From contig CANQQU010000005.1 in the NCBI GenBank assembly GCA_947626085.1, positions 3,342 to 67,341 of the forward strand: a DNA stretch of 64,000 bases. The letters run 5' to 3'. Made by a program: the position numbers and the translations under genes. Each line of letters starts with the position of its first letter. The first letter of the stretch is position 1. Source of the DNA: an uncultured Oscillospiraceae bacterium. Lineage in GTDB: Bacteria > Bacillota > Clostridia > Oscillospirales > Oscillospiraceae. Shown here piece by piece: positions 1-9,662 of the stretch. The notes beneath the pieces were generated by a model that did no database searches, had not been told where the DNA came from, and saw nothing but the letters and a program-made list of their open reading frames with translations.

Positions 1-239
1 TCCGCTCTCTGGCGGTGCTGGAGGAAAAACTGCGGGGACGTGGCCTGAATCCCATCATTGTCACCGGGCATACCGGGTGGACAGACAATATGGACTTTGC
101 TTTTGCCCACAAGGACAAGGTTTGTAACGCCTGGTGCAGACAAAAGCCTCATGATCCCACCGCTCCTTATGACGGCTATGACGAATCGGATGACACCGAG
201 GATAAGGCTCGAAATATCCGCTTACAAAAAGTGAGGTAA
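1..239 (+). CDS. 3' end of an unidentified CDS entering from upstream of the window
   Basis: The frame is open from base 3 to TAA at 237-239. The composition is protein-like, but I recognise no motif. Confidence 0.25.
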   Translation, partial: RSLAVLEEKLRGRGLNPIIVTGHTGWTDNMDFAFAHKDKVCNAWCRQKPHDPTAPYDGYDESDDTEDKARNIRLQKVR

Positions 240-580
240 TTTCTATGACAGCAGTAAGTGAAAACAGCCTGTTCCGTATGAAAACGGACTGCTTCCATGC
301 CGAACTGTTTTGTCCCGCCCAGAACGCATATCCGAGAAAAGTGCTGATCTGTTTTACGGGTAGTGATGGCATGTCAACGCCACAGAATGTGACGCACTTT
401 CCGTGGAAATCGTGCCATGTGAGCATAAGGGTTCTTTGGATTCCTAAAGCAGAAATAGAAGAGGATAATAGATGGGAACGGAATTTGCTTTAGCAGGACT
501 ATTTACAGTAGGCGTACTTCTGCTGTGCGAAGCAGTCAAAAGGCTTTGCAGAAATACACTCAGAGGGAGAAAAACGAGCT

Positions 581-2317
581 ATGATGATCGATAAGCGGCT
601 CTTGGGGCTTTCGCCTGAGAGCAAAAAGTATATTGCAGGGAACGTATTCCTGCAATGGCTGTCTCTGGTGGCCAACATTTGCCTGATGACGGCCATTGCC
701 CGGCTTTTGGCGGGACTGTTCACGAAGACGGCGGGACAGCGGCAAATTTCACTGACCGTTCTTGCGGCGGCGGTCTGTGTGGCAGTGCGGTTTTTCTGCA
801 CTGTCGGCGCCAGCCGCATGAGTTACCTGTCCAGCAAGGCGGTGAAGAGGACCCTGCGGGAGAAAATCTATGGAAAGCTCCTGCGCTTAGGGGTCTCCTA
901 CCGGGAGCGGGTCGCCACCAGCGAGGTGGTACAGGTATCCGTAGAGGGTGTGGAACAGCTGGAGACCTATTTCGGCGCGTATCTGCCTCAGTTCTTCTAC
1001 GCCATGCTGGCCCCGCTGACGCTGTTTCTCTATCTCAGCTTCGTGAGCCTCCCGGCGGCCATCGTGCTGCTGGTGTGTGTGCCCCTGATCCCCGTGTCCA
1101 TCGCGGCTGTGCAGACCTGGGCAAAGAAGCTGCTCTCCAAATACTGGGGCCAGTACACCGCCTTGGGAGATACTTTTCTGGAGAATTTGCAGGGTCTGAC
1201 CACACTGAAGATTTATCAGTCCGACGGCTTTAAGAACGAGGAGATGAACGCCGAGGCGGAGAAGTTCCGCAAAATCACCATGAAGGTGCTGACCATGCAG
1301 CTCAACTCCATCACCATCATGGACCTGATCGCCTACGGCGGCGCGGCGCTGGGGGTCATCCTGGCGGCTACGCAGATGCGCTCAGACAGGATCGACATGG
1401 CCGGGGCACTGCTCATCATCCTACTGGCGGCGGACTTTTTCCTTCCCATGCGCCAGCTGGGCTCCTATTTCCATGTGGCTATGAACGGCATGGCGGCCAG
1501 TGGGAAGATTTTCAAGCTCCTGGACCTGCCGGAGCCGGAGGAGCGGACAGAGTCCGTCCCTGCGGACTGCTCTATCGCCTGCAAGGACCTTTCCTTTTCC
1601 TATGACAAGGAGCGGGAGGTTCTGCATAGTGTCGATTTGACTTTCCCCAAAGGCGGCTTTACCGCCATCGTGGGAGAGAGCGGCTGCGGCAAATCCACCG
1701 TGGCGGGCATCCTTATGGGCCGCAATCAAGGCTATACCGGCTCCGTCACCGTGGGCGGCGTGGAACTGTCTAAAATCAACGAGGCGGATCTGCTGCGGAG
1801 CTTCACATACATCAGCCACCAGAGCTATCTCTTCAAGGGCATCGTCCGAGACAATCTGCTCATGGGCAGGCCAGACGCCTCCGACGGGGAGCTGTGGGCC
1901 GTTCTGGAGCGGACAAAGCTGGCGGATTTCCTGCAAGGTGAAAAGGGTCTGGACACCGCTCTCCAGGAGCGGGGCTCCAACCTCTCCGGCGGCCAGTGCC
2001 AGCGGCTGGCCTTGGCGCGGGCCCTTCTCCACGACAGCCCGGTCTACATTTTCGACGAGGCCACCAGCAACATCGACGTGGAGAGTGAAAACGACATCAT
2101 GGCGGAGATCCACCGGATGGCTGAGACGAAAACAGTCATCCTCATCTCTCACCGCCTTGCCAATGTGGCTGCGGCGGACAACATCTACGCCATGGAAAAC
2201 GGCTGTATCGCCGAGAGCGGGACGCATGAGGCGCTTCTGGCGCGGGGCGGCGTGTATGCCGACCTCTGGAACGCCCAGCAGGCCCTGGAAAACTACGCGA
2301 AGGAGGCGAGCGTATGA
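581..2317 (+). CDS. cydD: ABC transporter fused permease/ATPase, CydD-type thiol-reductant exporter subunit
   Basis: 578 aa with an N-terminal multi-TM domain. Walker A is GESGCGKST, the ABC signature is LSGGQCQRLALARAL, and Walker B is IFDEATS. An ATGA overlap couples it to the next gene. Confidence 0.7.
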   Translation: MMIDKRLLGLSPESKKYIAGNVFLQWLSLVANICLMTAIARLLAGLFTKTAGQRQISLTVLAAAVCVAVRFFCTVGASRMSYLSSKAVKRTLREKIYGKLLRLGVSYRERVATSEVVQVSVEGVEQLETYFGAYLPQFFYAMLAPLTLFLYLSFVSLPAAIVLLVCVPLIPVSIAAVQTWAKKLLSKYWGQYTALGDTFLENLQGLTTLKIYQSDGFKNEEMNAEAEKFRKITMKVLTMQLNSITIMDLIAYGGAALGVILAATQMRSDRIDMAGALLIILLAADFFLPMRQLGSYFHVAMNGMAASGKIFKLLDLPEPEERTESVPADCSIACKDLSFSYDKEREVLHSVDLTFPKGGFTAIVGESGCGKSTVAGILMGRNQGYTGSVTVGGVELSKINEADLLRSFTYISHQSYLFKGIVRDNLLMGRPDASDGELWAVLERTKLADFLQGEKGLDTALQERGSNLSGGQCQRLALARALLHDSPVYIFDEATSNIDVESENDIMAEIHRMAETKTVILISHRLANVAAADNIYAMENGCIAESGTHEALLARGGVYADLWNAQQALENYAKEASV

Positions 2318-3972
2318 AACGCAGAAGCGGATTTGTTATTATGGCCCGGCTCATCGGACTGGTAAAGCCGCTGACCGGATTTATGGTGCTGGCTATTATC
2401 ATGGGACTCATTGGAAACCTGTGCGCGTCCTTCATCACCATTCTGGGCGGATATGCGGTACTGAACGTTCTGGGCTTTGAGACGTCTCTGGCCCTGGGCT
2501 GGATATTTGCCGCCGTCCTGATTTTTGCGCTGGTACGGGGCGTGCTGCGCTATGCGGAGCAGTCCTGCAACCACTTCATTGCCTTCAAGCTACTGGCCAT
2601 CATCCGGGACAAGGTGTTCCAGGCGCTGCGGAAACACTGTCCGGCGAAGCTGGAGGGCCGGGACCGGGGCGACCTGATCTCCGTGATCACCTCGGACATC
2701 GAGCTTTTGGAGGTATTCTACGCCCACACCATCTCGCCTATCGCCATCGCGGCGCTCTTTACCGCTGTGATGTGCCTGTTCATCGGCTCTTTCCACTGGG
2801 CGCTGGGGCTGCTGGCGCTGTGCGCCTATGCCGTGGTGGGCATCGTCATCCCCATAATTACCTCCCGTCTCAGCGGGGACGCCGGGATGCGGTTCCGCAC
2901 CCAGTCCGGGGAGCTGGCGGGGTTCGTGCTGGACAGTCTCCGGGGGCTGGACGAGACTCTGCAATACGGTCAGGGCGAAAAGCGTCTAACAGAGATGAAT
3001 GCACGCACTGATGCCCTCTCTAAAGACGAAGCCAGCATGAAAAAGACCGCCGGGCGAAACGCGGCGGTGACGAATACGGTGATTTTGATTTTTGACCTCG
3101 TAATGCTCTTTGTGAGCGCCTCGCTGTATCAGGCTGGTGCGGTGGGCTTAAACGGGGTGCTGATCCCGACCATCGCCCTGTTCTCCTCCTTTGGCCCGGC
3201 GGTAGCCCTGGCGGCCCTGGGCAGCACCTTACAGAGTACCTTCGCCGCCGGGAACCGGGTGCTGGACATTCTGGACGATACTCCGGCAGTGGAGGAGGTC
3301 ACAGGCAAGGCGGCGGTGACCTTTACCGGCGCGTCCGTGGAGAACGTGTCCTTCTCCTACGGCGGCGAGGAAGTACTGCGGGATGTGTCCCTGACCGTTC
3401 CGGAAGGGGAGATCGTGGGTATCACGGGCCGGAGCGGCAGCGGAAAGTCCACGCTCCTAAAGCTCCTGATGCGTTTCTGGGACGTGCAGAAGGGGAGCGT
3501 CAAGGTCTCCGGCGTGCCGGTTCGTGAGATCGACACAAGGAATCTCCGGGAACTGGAGAGCTTCGTCAAACAGGAGACGCACCTGTTCCATGACAGCATC
3601 AAGAACAACCTGCGCCTGGCCAAGCTGGACGCCACGGACGAGGAAATTGTGGCTGCCTGCAAAAAGGCGTCGGTTCACGATTTCATTATGACTCTCCCAA
3701 AGGGCTACGACACTTCGGTGGGAGAGTTGGGGGACACCCTTTCCGGAGGGGAGCGTCAGCGGCTGGGCCTGGCCCGTGCGTTCCTTCATAATGCGCCGTT
3801 GATGCTCCTGGACGAGCCCACCAGCAATCTGGACAGCCTCAACGAGGCGGTGATTTTGAAATCCCTCCGGGAGGAGCGGGAGAAGAAAACCGTTGTTATA
3901 GTGTCCCACCGTGCCTCCACCATGCGGATCGCTGATACCGTAATTTCCGTGGAGAGCGGGAAGGTCAGCTGA
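2314..3972 (+). CDS. cydC: ABC transporter fused permease/ATPase, CydC-type partner subunit
   Basis: 552 aa with a TM domain followed by GRSGSGKST, LSGGERQRLGLARAF and LLDEPTS. It is translationally coupled to cydD. No cydAB is present in the window. Confidence 0.7.
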   Translation: MKRRSGFVIMARLIGLVKPLTGFMVLAIIMGLIGNLCASFITILGGYAVLNVLGFETSLALGWIFAAVLIFALVRGVLRYAEQSCNHFIAFKLLAIIRDKVFQALRKHCPAKLEGRDRGDLISVITSDIELLEVFYAHTISPIAIAALFTAVMCLFIGSFHWALGLLALCAYAVVGIVIPIITSRLSGDAGMRFRTQSGELAGFVLDSLRGLDETLQYGQGEKRLTEMNARTDALSKDEASMKKTAGRNAAVTNTVILIFDLVMLFVSASLYQAGAVGLNGVLIPTIALFSSFGPAVALAALGSTLQSTFAAGNRVLDILDDTPAVEEVTGKAAVTFTGASVENVSFSYGGEEVLRDVSLTVPEGEIVGITGRSGSGKSTLLKLLMRFWDVQKGSVKVSGVPVREIDTRNLRELESFVKQETHLFHDSIKNNLRLAKLDATDEEIVAACKKASVHDFIMTLPKGYDTSVGELGDTLSGGERQRLGLARAFLHNAPLMLLDEPTSNLDSLNEAVILKSLREEREKKTVVIVSHRASTMRIADTVISVESGKVS

Positions 3973-4217
3973 TGGACACCCAAACAAAACGGGAGCGGGA
4001 AAGAGCCATGGTGACGAAAATGATCGCCCTTGGTTGCCTGGGGCTGGGTTCGGGAGCAGTGGTGGCTGTGCTGTCCATCTTACCCACCGTACCCTTTCTC
4101 TTACTGGCGGCGTTCTGCTTTGCGAAAAGCCCTGAACGCTTACATACTTGATTCATCGGCACAAAACTCTACAAGAACAACCTGGAAAGCTGGGCTCGCG
4201 GCCAAGGCATGACCTGA
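3972..4217 (+). pseudogene. DUF454/YbaN-family inner-membrane protein gene, nonsense-mutated and 3'-truncated
   Basis: The ATG overlaps the cydC stop (TGATG). The translation ...LPTVPFLLLAAFCFAKSPERLHT*FIGTKLYKNNLESWARGQGMT* matches the YbaN core (PF-LLAA-CFA-S-R-H-W). TGA at 4149-4151 sits where the family has a conserved Trp. The frame dies at the intron boundary, about 40 codons short of normal length. Confidence 0.6.
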
Positions 4218-7011
4218 TAGCGATAGGTGAGTCTTTGATGCTATCTCCAACTTTTCCCCCGCTTCACACCGTACATGCGACTTTCACCGCATACGGCGTT
4301 CCATCGTTGTTACTTTTTACTCATCTGTACAAACAAACATAGGTGATTATAATGGTTGAGTTGGTTGCTTTGTGCGGTCATATTTCTTCAAGGTCGGCCA
4401 GCTTGCGTAGCTTGTTCAGCTTTGCTAGTTGTTCGGCGCTTAGCTTTAGCAGGTTCTTGTAATACTGGATCGTTTCCACTTTCTGAGCATGGATCAGCCT
4501 GTGTACCAGATCATGGACCAACACCAGGTTTTCATATGCGTCAGATCCACCTTTGGAGCGGGGCTCCTTATGATGGCAGTGGATATCTTCCAGATCTTCA
4601 AAGGGCGTTCCCATGACAGCGCATTTGCCCCATTGCGCGGAGAACAGGGATATGCGGTTGTCCGCATATTCCACGCTCCTGTGCCACAATGGTTGCCACA
4701 TCATAGCCAGCATCAACCGCCGGTCCAAGCGCAAATCCTGGTGGATTTCCGTCCGCCCTTGTGGCGTGTACTGGTTGACGCTGCGTTTCTTTGCCATGGG
4801 GTACTTGTGCTGCACATATCCTACGGGATAGATAGGTTCATCCGAGCCAGATACATATCTTAGCATTTCAGACTTTCCATATCTCTTTTTCTCGTAGTCT
4901 GTTAGCTCTCGCCCTTTCCTTACAAGACGGCCTCCTTTCTGGGTGGATAGCCGATTTTTGAAAATCGTCATCACCGCCCTATTCAGCCTGCCGCAGTCGA
5001 GGCTTATTTCCGTGGCAATGCAGTAGTAATTCTGCATCCCCATGACCTTCTGATTGTAGAGCAGAATTTCCTCCCGCTCTGTTCTTCCGGCCCTAGGTCT
5101 TGCCACGTTTTTTGCCTGCTCCGTCAGCTCCTGCTTTTGCTTCTTAAAGGCTTTATCGCACATATGAGATTTTGCGACCCATTTGTTTCCTTTAGGTCTG
5201 AGTTTATACTTAAACCCAAGAAACTCTGAGTTGCGGCGTTTGACATTGACGATTCTCGTTTTCTCCTGCGAAACTTCCAGTTTCAGCCGCTCAGATAGCC
5301 ATTGCGTAACCGCAAATTTCGTTCTGATGGCGTCACTTCTGATTCGACAAAATATACGGAAATCATCAGCATATCGTACAATATACATCTCTTTTAGACC
5401 AGTTTTTCTCATGGCCGCATAGCCATGTCCGAGATTTTCTGATCCATTATCGTTTATATTAACAGAATATTTTCTTGCTACCGGGTTATTCTGCCATTGA
5501 CTCTCAATCCAACGGTCCAACTCATTCAGCACGATGTTTGCCAGCAGGGGAGAAATAATCCCACCCTGGGGCGTTCCCTTTGTAGGGAACATCATCGTAC
5601 CATCTGGCATTTTAACCGGAGCTTTCAATATCTGCCGTATGACATAAATGAGATGCTTGTCGTGTATGCCCATTGCCCAGATTTGCCGTATCAGCTTGGG
5701 GTGGTTCACGTTATCAAAGAAACCCTTGATGTCAAATTCTATCACCTGCGTTAGGTGGGCTTGATTCACCAAGAACATTGTTCTTGAAATAGCGTTTTCC
5801 ACACTTCGCTGGGGCCGAAATCCATAACTGTTATCACTGAATTTGGCCTCGCAGATCGGCTCCATGACCTGTTTGATACATTGCTGCACCAGTCGGTCCC
5901 ACATACATGGGATACCGAGGGATCTGGTGGAACCGTTGGGCTTTGGAATGTCCTTGCGCCTTACCGGTTTGGGCCGATAGCCGTGGGCGCTGCCTGCGAC
6001 GATGAACCTTACCTTGTCAACGACTTCTTCCGGCGATAGCTTTCCAATGTCTTTGATGGTAACGTGATCCGTGCCTGGGGTATGGCTTCCACTGTTGGTT
6101 TTGATATTCCGGTATGCCAGCAGGATATTTTCTCGACTGAGAATAATATCCATAAGGTCCTCAAAGGTTTCCCTTCTCAGACTCCTGGCGTACAGGTCAT
6201 CGAATACCTCCTGCATGGCGTAATACTCCGCATGGCGTAGATCATCAACGCACAGGACTTTTTCTTTAATCACCTTTGCCGTAGGAATCACCTCTTTCCA
6301 ATGAATTGAGTGACCCTCTTGGTCGTACTCGTAATCCTACGTTGTTTGTACGACTTTCATCCATAAACAATGACTCGAGGCCATTCCTCCTTTTCCCATT
6401 ACAGGAGCTATCAACAGTTCGACCTCTGCTTTTCAGCACCGGTTCAGCGTCTTATTGTTCTTCGTCCGCTTATGCTTTATATAATGTATATAAAGTACCC
6501 GATACCTTTCCTTGTTCCGATAATCCTATCTGTACATATACCTTTAGGCGCTTGCTTTGAGCCTGTCAGCTTGAATTGCCCCGCCACCTTTGCAGGTTTC
6601 GGCAATTATGGTCTTTCATAGTTCTCATTTTTACTCAACCACACTGACTGTGCTGTAACAACAGACGTACATTTCTATACGACTCCTTTTTTAGACCCGT
6701 ACTTCCGCAAGTTCGTCAGGCGTCTCCGCCATTCTCGCCATGGGTATTTTATAGACCTCCGACATATAGGCGCCACCATCCACCGCTGGACAGCTTTCGT
6801 GATGTTGCTTCCGCAGCCACCTTACGGGCACTCTCTGCCGACTTCACCGGGCTTCTGACGGTCAGCGTTTCCGCTTACACCGCCAGCCGGAGTATCAGGG
6901 TAGGCGCTTCAGGGCGTTACTCCTTCATTTCACCTATCGGATTATCAGTTCGCTGGTTTGGACCCAGCGCCGCTTTTCGTCATTTCTGACTTGTAGCGGA
7001 ACAAGTCGCAC
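4209..7011 (-). mobile_element. Group II intron, full length (ends +/- ~10 nt)
   Basis: On the minus strand the 5' end reads GTGCGAC starting at 7011. A domain V-like hairpin GCCGTATGCGGTGAAAGTCGCATGTACGGTGT lies at about 4264-4297. A short domain VI region then ends near 4209-4215. The intron-encoded ORF sits in domain IV. Confidence 0.85.
4378..6291 (-). CDS. Group II intron reverse transcriptase/maturase with C-terminal HNH endonuclease domain
   Basis: 637 aa. It carries RT motifs including RYADDFRIF (YADD), a maturase X region, and the HNH-like CHHKEPRSKGGSDAYENLVLVHDLVHRLIH. Confidence 0.9.
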   Translation of the reverse strand: MIPTAKVIKEKVLCVDDLRHAEYYAMQEVFDDLYARSLRRETFEDLMDIILSRENILLAYRNIKTNSGSHTPGTDHVTIKDIGKLSPEEVVDKVRFIVAGSAHGYRPKPVRRKDIPKPNGSTRSLGIPCMWDRLVQQCIKQVMEPICEAKFSDNSYGFRPQRSVENAISRTMFLVNQAHLTQVIEFDIKGFFDNVNHPKLIRQIWAMGIHDKHLIYVIRQILKAPVKMPDGTMMFPTKGTPQGGIISPLLANIVLNELDRWIESQWQNNPVARKYSVNINDNGSENLGHGYAAMRKTGLKEMYIVRYADDFRIFCRIRSDAIRTKFAVTQWLSERLKLEVSQEKTRIVNVKRRNSEFLGFKYKLRPKGNKWVAKSHMCDKAFKKQKQELTEQAKNVARPRAGRTEREEILLYNQKVMGMQNYYCIATEISLDCGRLNRAVMTIFKNRLSTQKGGRLVRKGRELTDYEKKRYGKSEMLRYVSGSDEPIYPVGYVQHKYPMAKKRSVNQYTPQGRTEIHQDLRLDRRLMLAMMWQPLWHRSVEYADNRISLFSAQWGKCAVMGTPFEDLEDIHCHHKEPRSKGGSDAYENLVLVHDLVHRLIHAQKVETIQYYKNLLKLSAEQLAKLNKLRKLADLEEI

Positions 7012-7027
7012 GAAAACAAAGATCCAT

Positions 7028-7258
7028 ATGCTGGACAAGCTCCTTCAATCCCTTTCCGTGCTGTCTGAGGATGAGCGGAATTTGATTCACGCTTTATTCT
7101 TTGACGGAATGACGGAGCGGGAATACGCGGCCCGGGAAGGCGTCTTTCATAACGCCATTCACAAGCGTAAGACGCGGATTCTCAAAAAACTAAAAAACTT
7201 ATGGAAAACTAATTTTTCAAGGTGTGCGGCCCCCTCGCTTTTTCGGCATGGAAAGTGA
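7028..7258 (+). pseudogene. C-terminal (region 4 HTH) fragment of a sigma-70-family factor of the kind carried by conjugative elements
   Basis: LSEDERNLIHALFFDGMTEREYAAREGVFHNAIHKRKTRILKKLKNL is a region-4 helix-turn-helix. No regions 2-3 lie upstream, and the fragment starts directly at the intron 5' boundary. Confidence 0.5.
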
Positions 7259-7498
7259 GGGGGCCGTGGACAATATCGGTAAAGAGCAAAACGATTGATA
7301 CGATAAGGCGGCCGTATGCGCGAATGGGGATCGCTTCTTTTTCACGCCATACGGCTGGGGTGCTTTTTATAGGTCAGCAGGCTGACGGAGACCAGCAGGA
7401 CCAGGCAGACCGCCGCGCCGGGCAAGGTCGGCCCCAGACCCAGCGGGGACCCGGCCGTCCGCCATAGGGCGCAGGTGAGGAATCCGCCGGAAAATGAT

Positions 7499-7814
7499 CC
7501 TTTTGTAAAAATCGGAAGGGTCTCGCCCGAAAAGCGTCGAACACCCGCTCCGACTGCCCGGATAGATAGATCAGCACCGCTTCCGGAAGAGCGTCTCCCA
7601 GATGGACCCCCAGCTCGATGCCGTCCAGCCCCGGCATATCCACATCCAGCAGTACCAGATCGAACCGCTTTCCCGCCTGGACATCCTTCCATAGCGCGGC
7701 AGGGTCGGTGTAGCTGGCAATCTCCGACTCGGCGCCCAGGTCGCTGGCGAGCAGCACCTGCCGGGCGGCGGCAATGGCGACGGCCTCGTCGTCGCAGATG
7801 GCGATTTTCAGCAT
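7499..7814 (-). pseudogene. Response-regulator receiver-domain fragment (LytTR-family type), lacking the DNA-binding domain
   Basis: MLKIAICDDE...DLVLLDVDMPGLDG...AFRARPFRFLQKD is a complete REC domain. Downstream the frame becomes low-complexity nonsense, while a different frame (7342-~7490) carries the hydrophobic tail of some membrane protein. This looks like a deletion junction. Confidence 0.55.
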
Positions 7815-7900
7815 ATGGCCGTCCCCTTCCTAAATAGATAAAAAATACTTATTTATTGTAATAAAAAATTTGCCCTAATCAAGTGGAAAGGAGTGTGGGC

Positions 7901-9662
7901 ATGAAACGAAGAATATTTGCCCTTTTTCTTGCCTGCATGTTCCTGACCGCCTGCACCCCTACCACGATTCGGACCGACATTCAGGTGTATATCCTTCCTG
8001 GAGAGGGCGTGATCGTTCAGAACAACGGCCTCTGGATTCAACCCGGTGCCGATGCGGTCTTCCGGCTCCACCTCCGGCAGGGCTATGAGATCGCCGAAGT
8101 GGACTACTGGGGAGCGTATGACCTGATTCTGGAGAATGGGACCTACCTTCTGACCCTGCGGGGAGTGGCCTACCCCACCGGGGTGGCGGTTACGGCGGAA
8201 AAGGCCCCCGACGCCGGACCCCGCGCCATCGTCTACCAACCCAACGGCGGGGAGGGAGAGCCGGTCCAGGTCCCTGTTTTCTCTCAGCGGCGGCCAAACA
8301 CCCAGACAGACCTCTTTGCCGACCGGGATTCACGCTGACGGGCTGGAATACCGTCCCCGACGGCTCTGGCATTGCCATTGGCCTAGGCAGCCGGGTCACG
8401 GTGGAGGATTCGGGCCTGACCCTCTATGCCCAGTAGGCGAAGTGGACGACGCGGAGGAATTTACCTATGAAGAGACGGATTCGGGCGTCATCTTGACCGG
8501 TTATTCGGGGGATGAGGCCCAACTGGTCCTGCCCGCACAGATCGACGGCCTGCCCGTCACCGCCATCGGGGAGGACGCCTTCCAAAACTGTCCCGCCATA
8601 GAGATCATTTTCCCAAACACCCTCCAAACCGTGGTGGAAGGGGCCTTCTCCGGGGCAAAACTCACGGAGCTGACGCTGTTTGACAATTTGGAGACCATCT
8701 CTAACGCCGCCTTCGCTGGGGCGGAGGCGCTTCAGACCCTACATATCAACGCCATCGAGGACCCCTATGGCTATCAGTACCGCCGAGAGAGCTTGTACGC
8801 CGACAAGGTGGACCTGCTGATCCAGGTCCAGGGGCAAAAGAAGCTGATCTTCTATGGCGGCTGCTCCATGTGGTACAATCTGATCGGGGAGGAGGCGGCC
8901 CACCGGTTCGGGGATACCTATACCGTCATCAATCTGGGTCTTAACGGCACCGTTAATTCCCTGATGCAGATGGAGATCCTGGGGGCCTTTTTGGAGCCGG
9001 GGGACATCGTTTTCCACGCCCCGGAGCTATCCAGCCCCTACCAGCTTTTAACCTTTACCGACATGGGGGAGGGAGACAGGCCCCTCTGGTGCGGCTTGGA
9101 GTATAACTACGACCTGTTCTCCCTAGCGGACCTGCGGGACTTGGAGGGCGTTTTTGACAGTCTGTCCCTCTACTGGTCCATTAAACAGCCCGGCGGTAGC
9201 TATGATGACACCTATACCGATTCCAGCGGCCGGGTCTATCTGGATTATACCGGCAGCTTGCCGCTCCTGCGGACCAAGGGGAGGGCGGATCTGGCCGACA
9301 CCGTCACATTGGACCCCGATCTGCTTTCGGACGGCCTGCCCCTGCTCACCCAAATGTACCGGCGCTATTTGGCCAAGGGTGCGGAAGTGTACCTCTCCTA
9401 CGGCTGTGTGGACGTGGACGCCCTACCGGATGGGGAGCGGGACAATGTGGAGAAAATGGACGCCCGGTTTCGTGAGATTACGCAGGCCGCTGGAGCAAAG
9501 GTGATCTCCCAGCTGAAAAACTACCTCTACCACACAGAGGACTTTTACGACACCCACTACCATCTGCTCACACAGGCGGCCTATCGGAACACGGAAGCCT
9601 GGCTGAAGGACCTGGAAACCCAGATGGTGCTGGACGGACTTTGGGAAGGAGCCGCCCCATGA
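7901..9662 (+). pseudogene. Surface lipoprotein (Flg_new/InlB B-repeat + BspA-type LRR + DHHW/SGNH-like acyl-transfer domain) broken by two frameshifts
   Basis: There is a lipobox (FLTAC) after the RBS. Frame 2 ends at 8338. Frame 1 continues as RPGFTLTGWNTVPDGSGIAIGLGSRVTVEDSGLTLYAQ and stops at TAG 8434-8436. Frame 0 then continues as EVDDAEEFTYEE...LRR...FYDTHYHL to 9662. The shifts lie near 8320 and 8430. Confidence 0.6.

Noticed and set aside
245-493. An 82-aa ORF whose first roughly 40 residues resemble the N-terminus of a dienelactone-hydrolase/BAAT-type alpha/beta hydrolase (...KVLICFTGSDG).
   Set aside because: The similarity rests on a short recalled motif, and the rest of the ORF makes no sense as a hydrolase. 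It may be a gene fragment, but the evidence is insufficient to annotate it.
4149-4151. Possible TGA recoding (Trp or selenocysteine) in the ybaN-like gene.
   Set aside because: TGA is used as an ordinary stop by many neighbouring genes, e.g. cydC at 3970-3972. No SECIS-like hairpin follows. The gene is also truncated, so a pseudogene is the simpler explanation.
4369-4376. Isolated TTGTGCGG-like hits at 4369-4376, at 19451-19458 (reverse orientation) and the one-base-short AAGGTGTGCGG at 7221-7231.
   Set aside because: None has a partner repeat at 21 bp or a downstream -10 at the fixed distance. They lie inside the intron, the kinase CDS or a gene fragment. Chance occurrence of an 8-mer is plausible.
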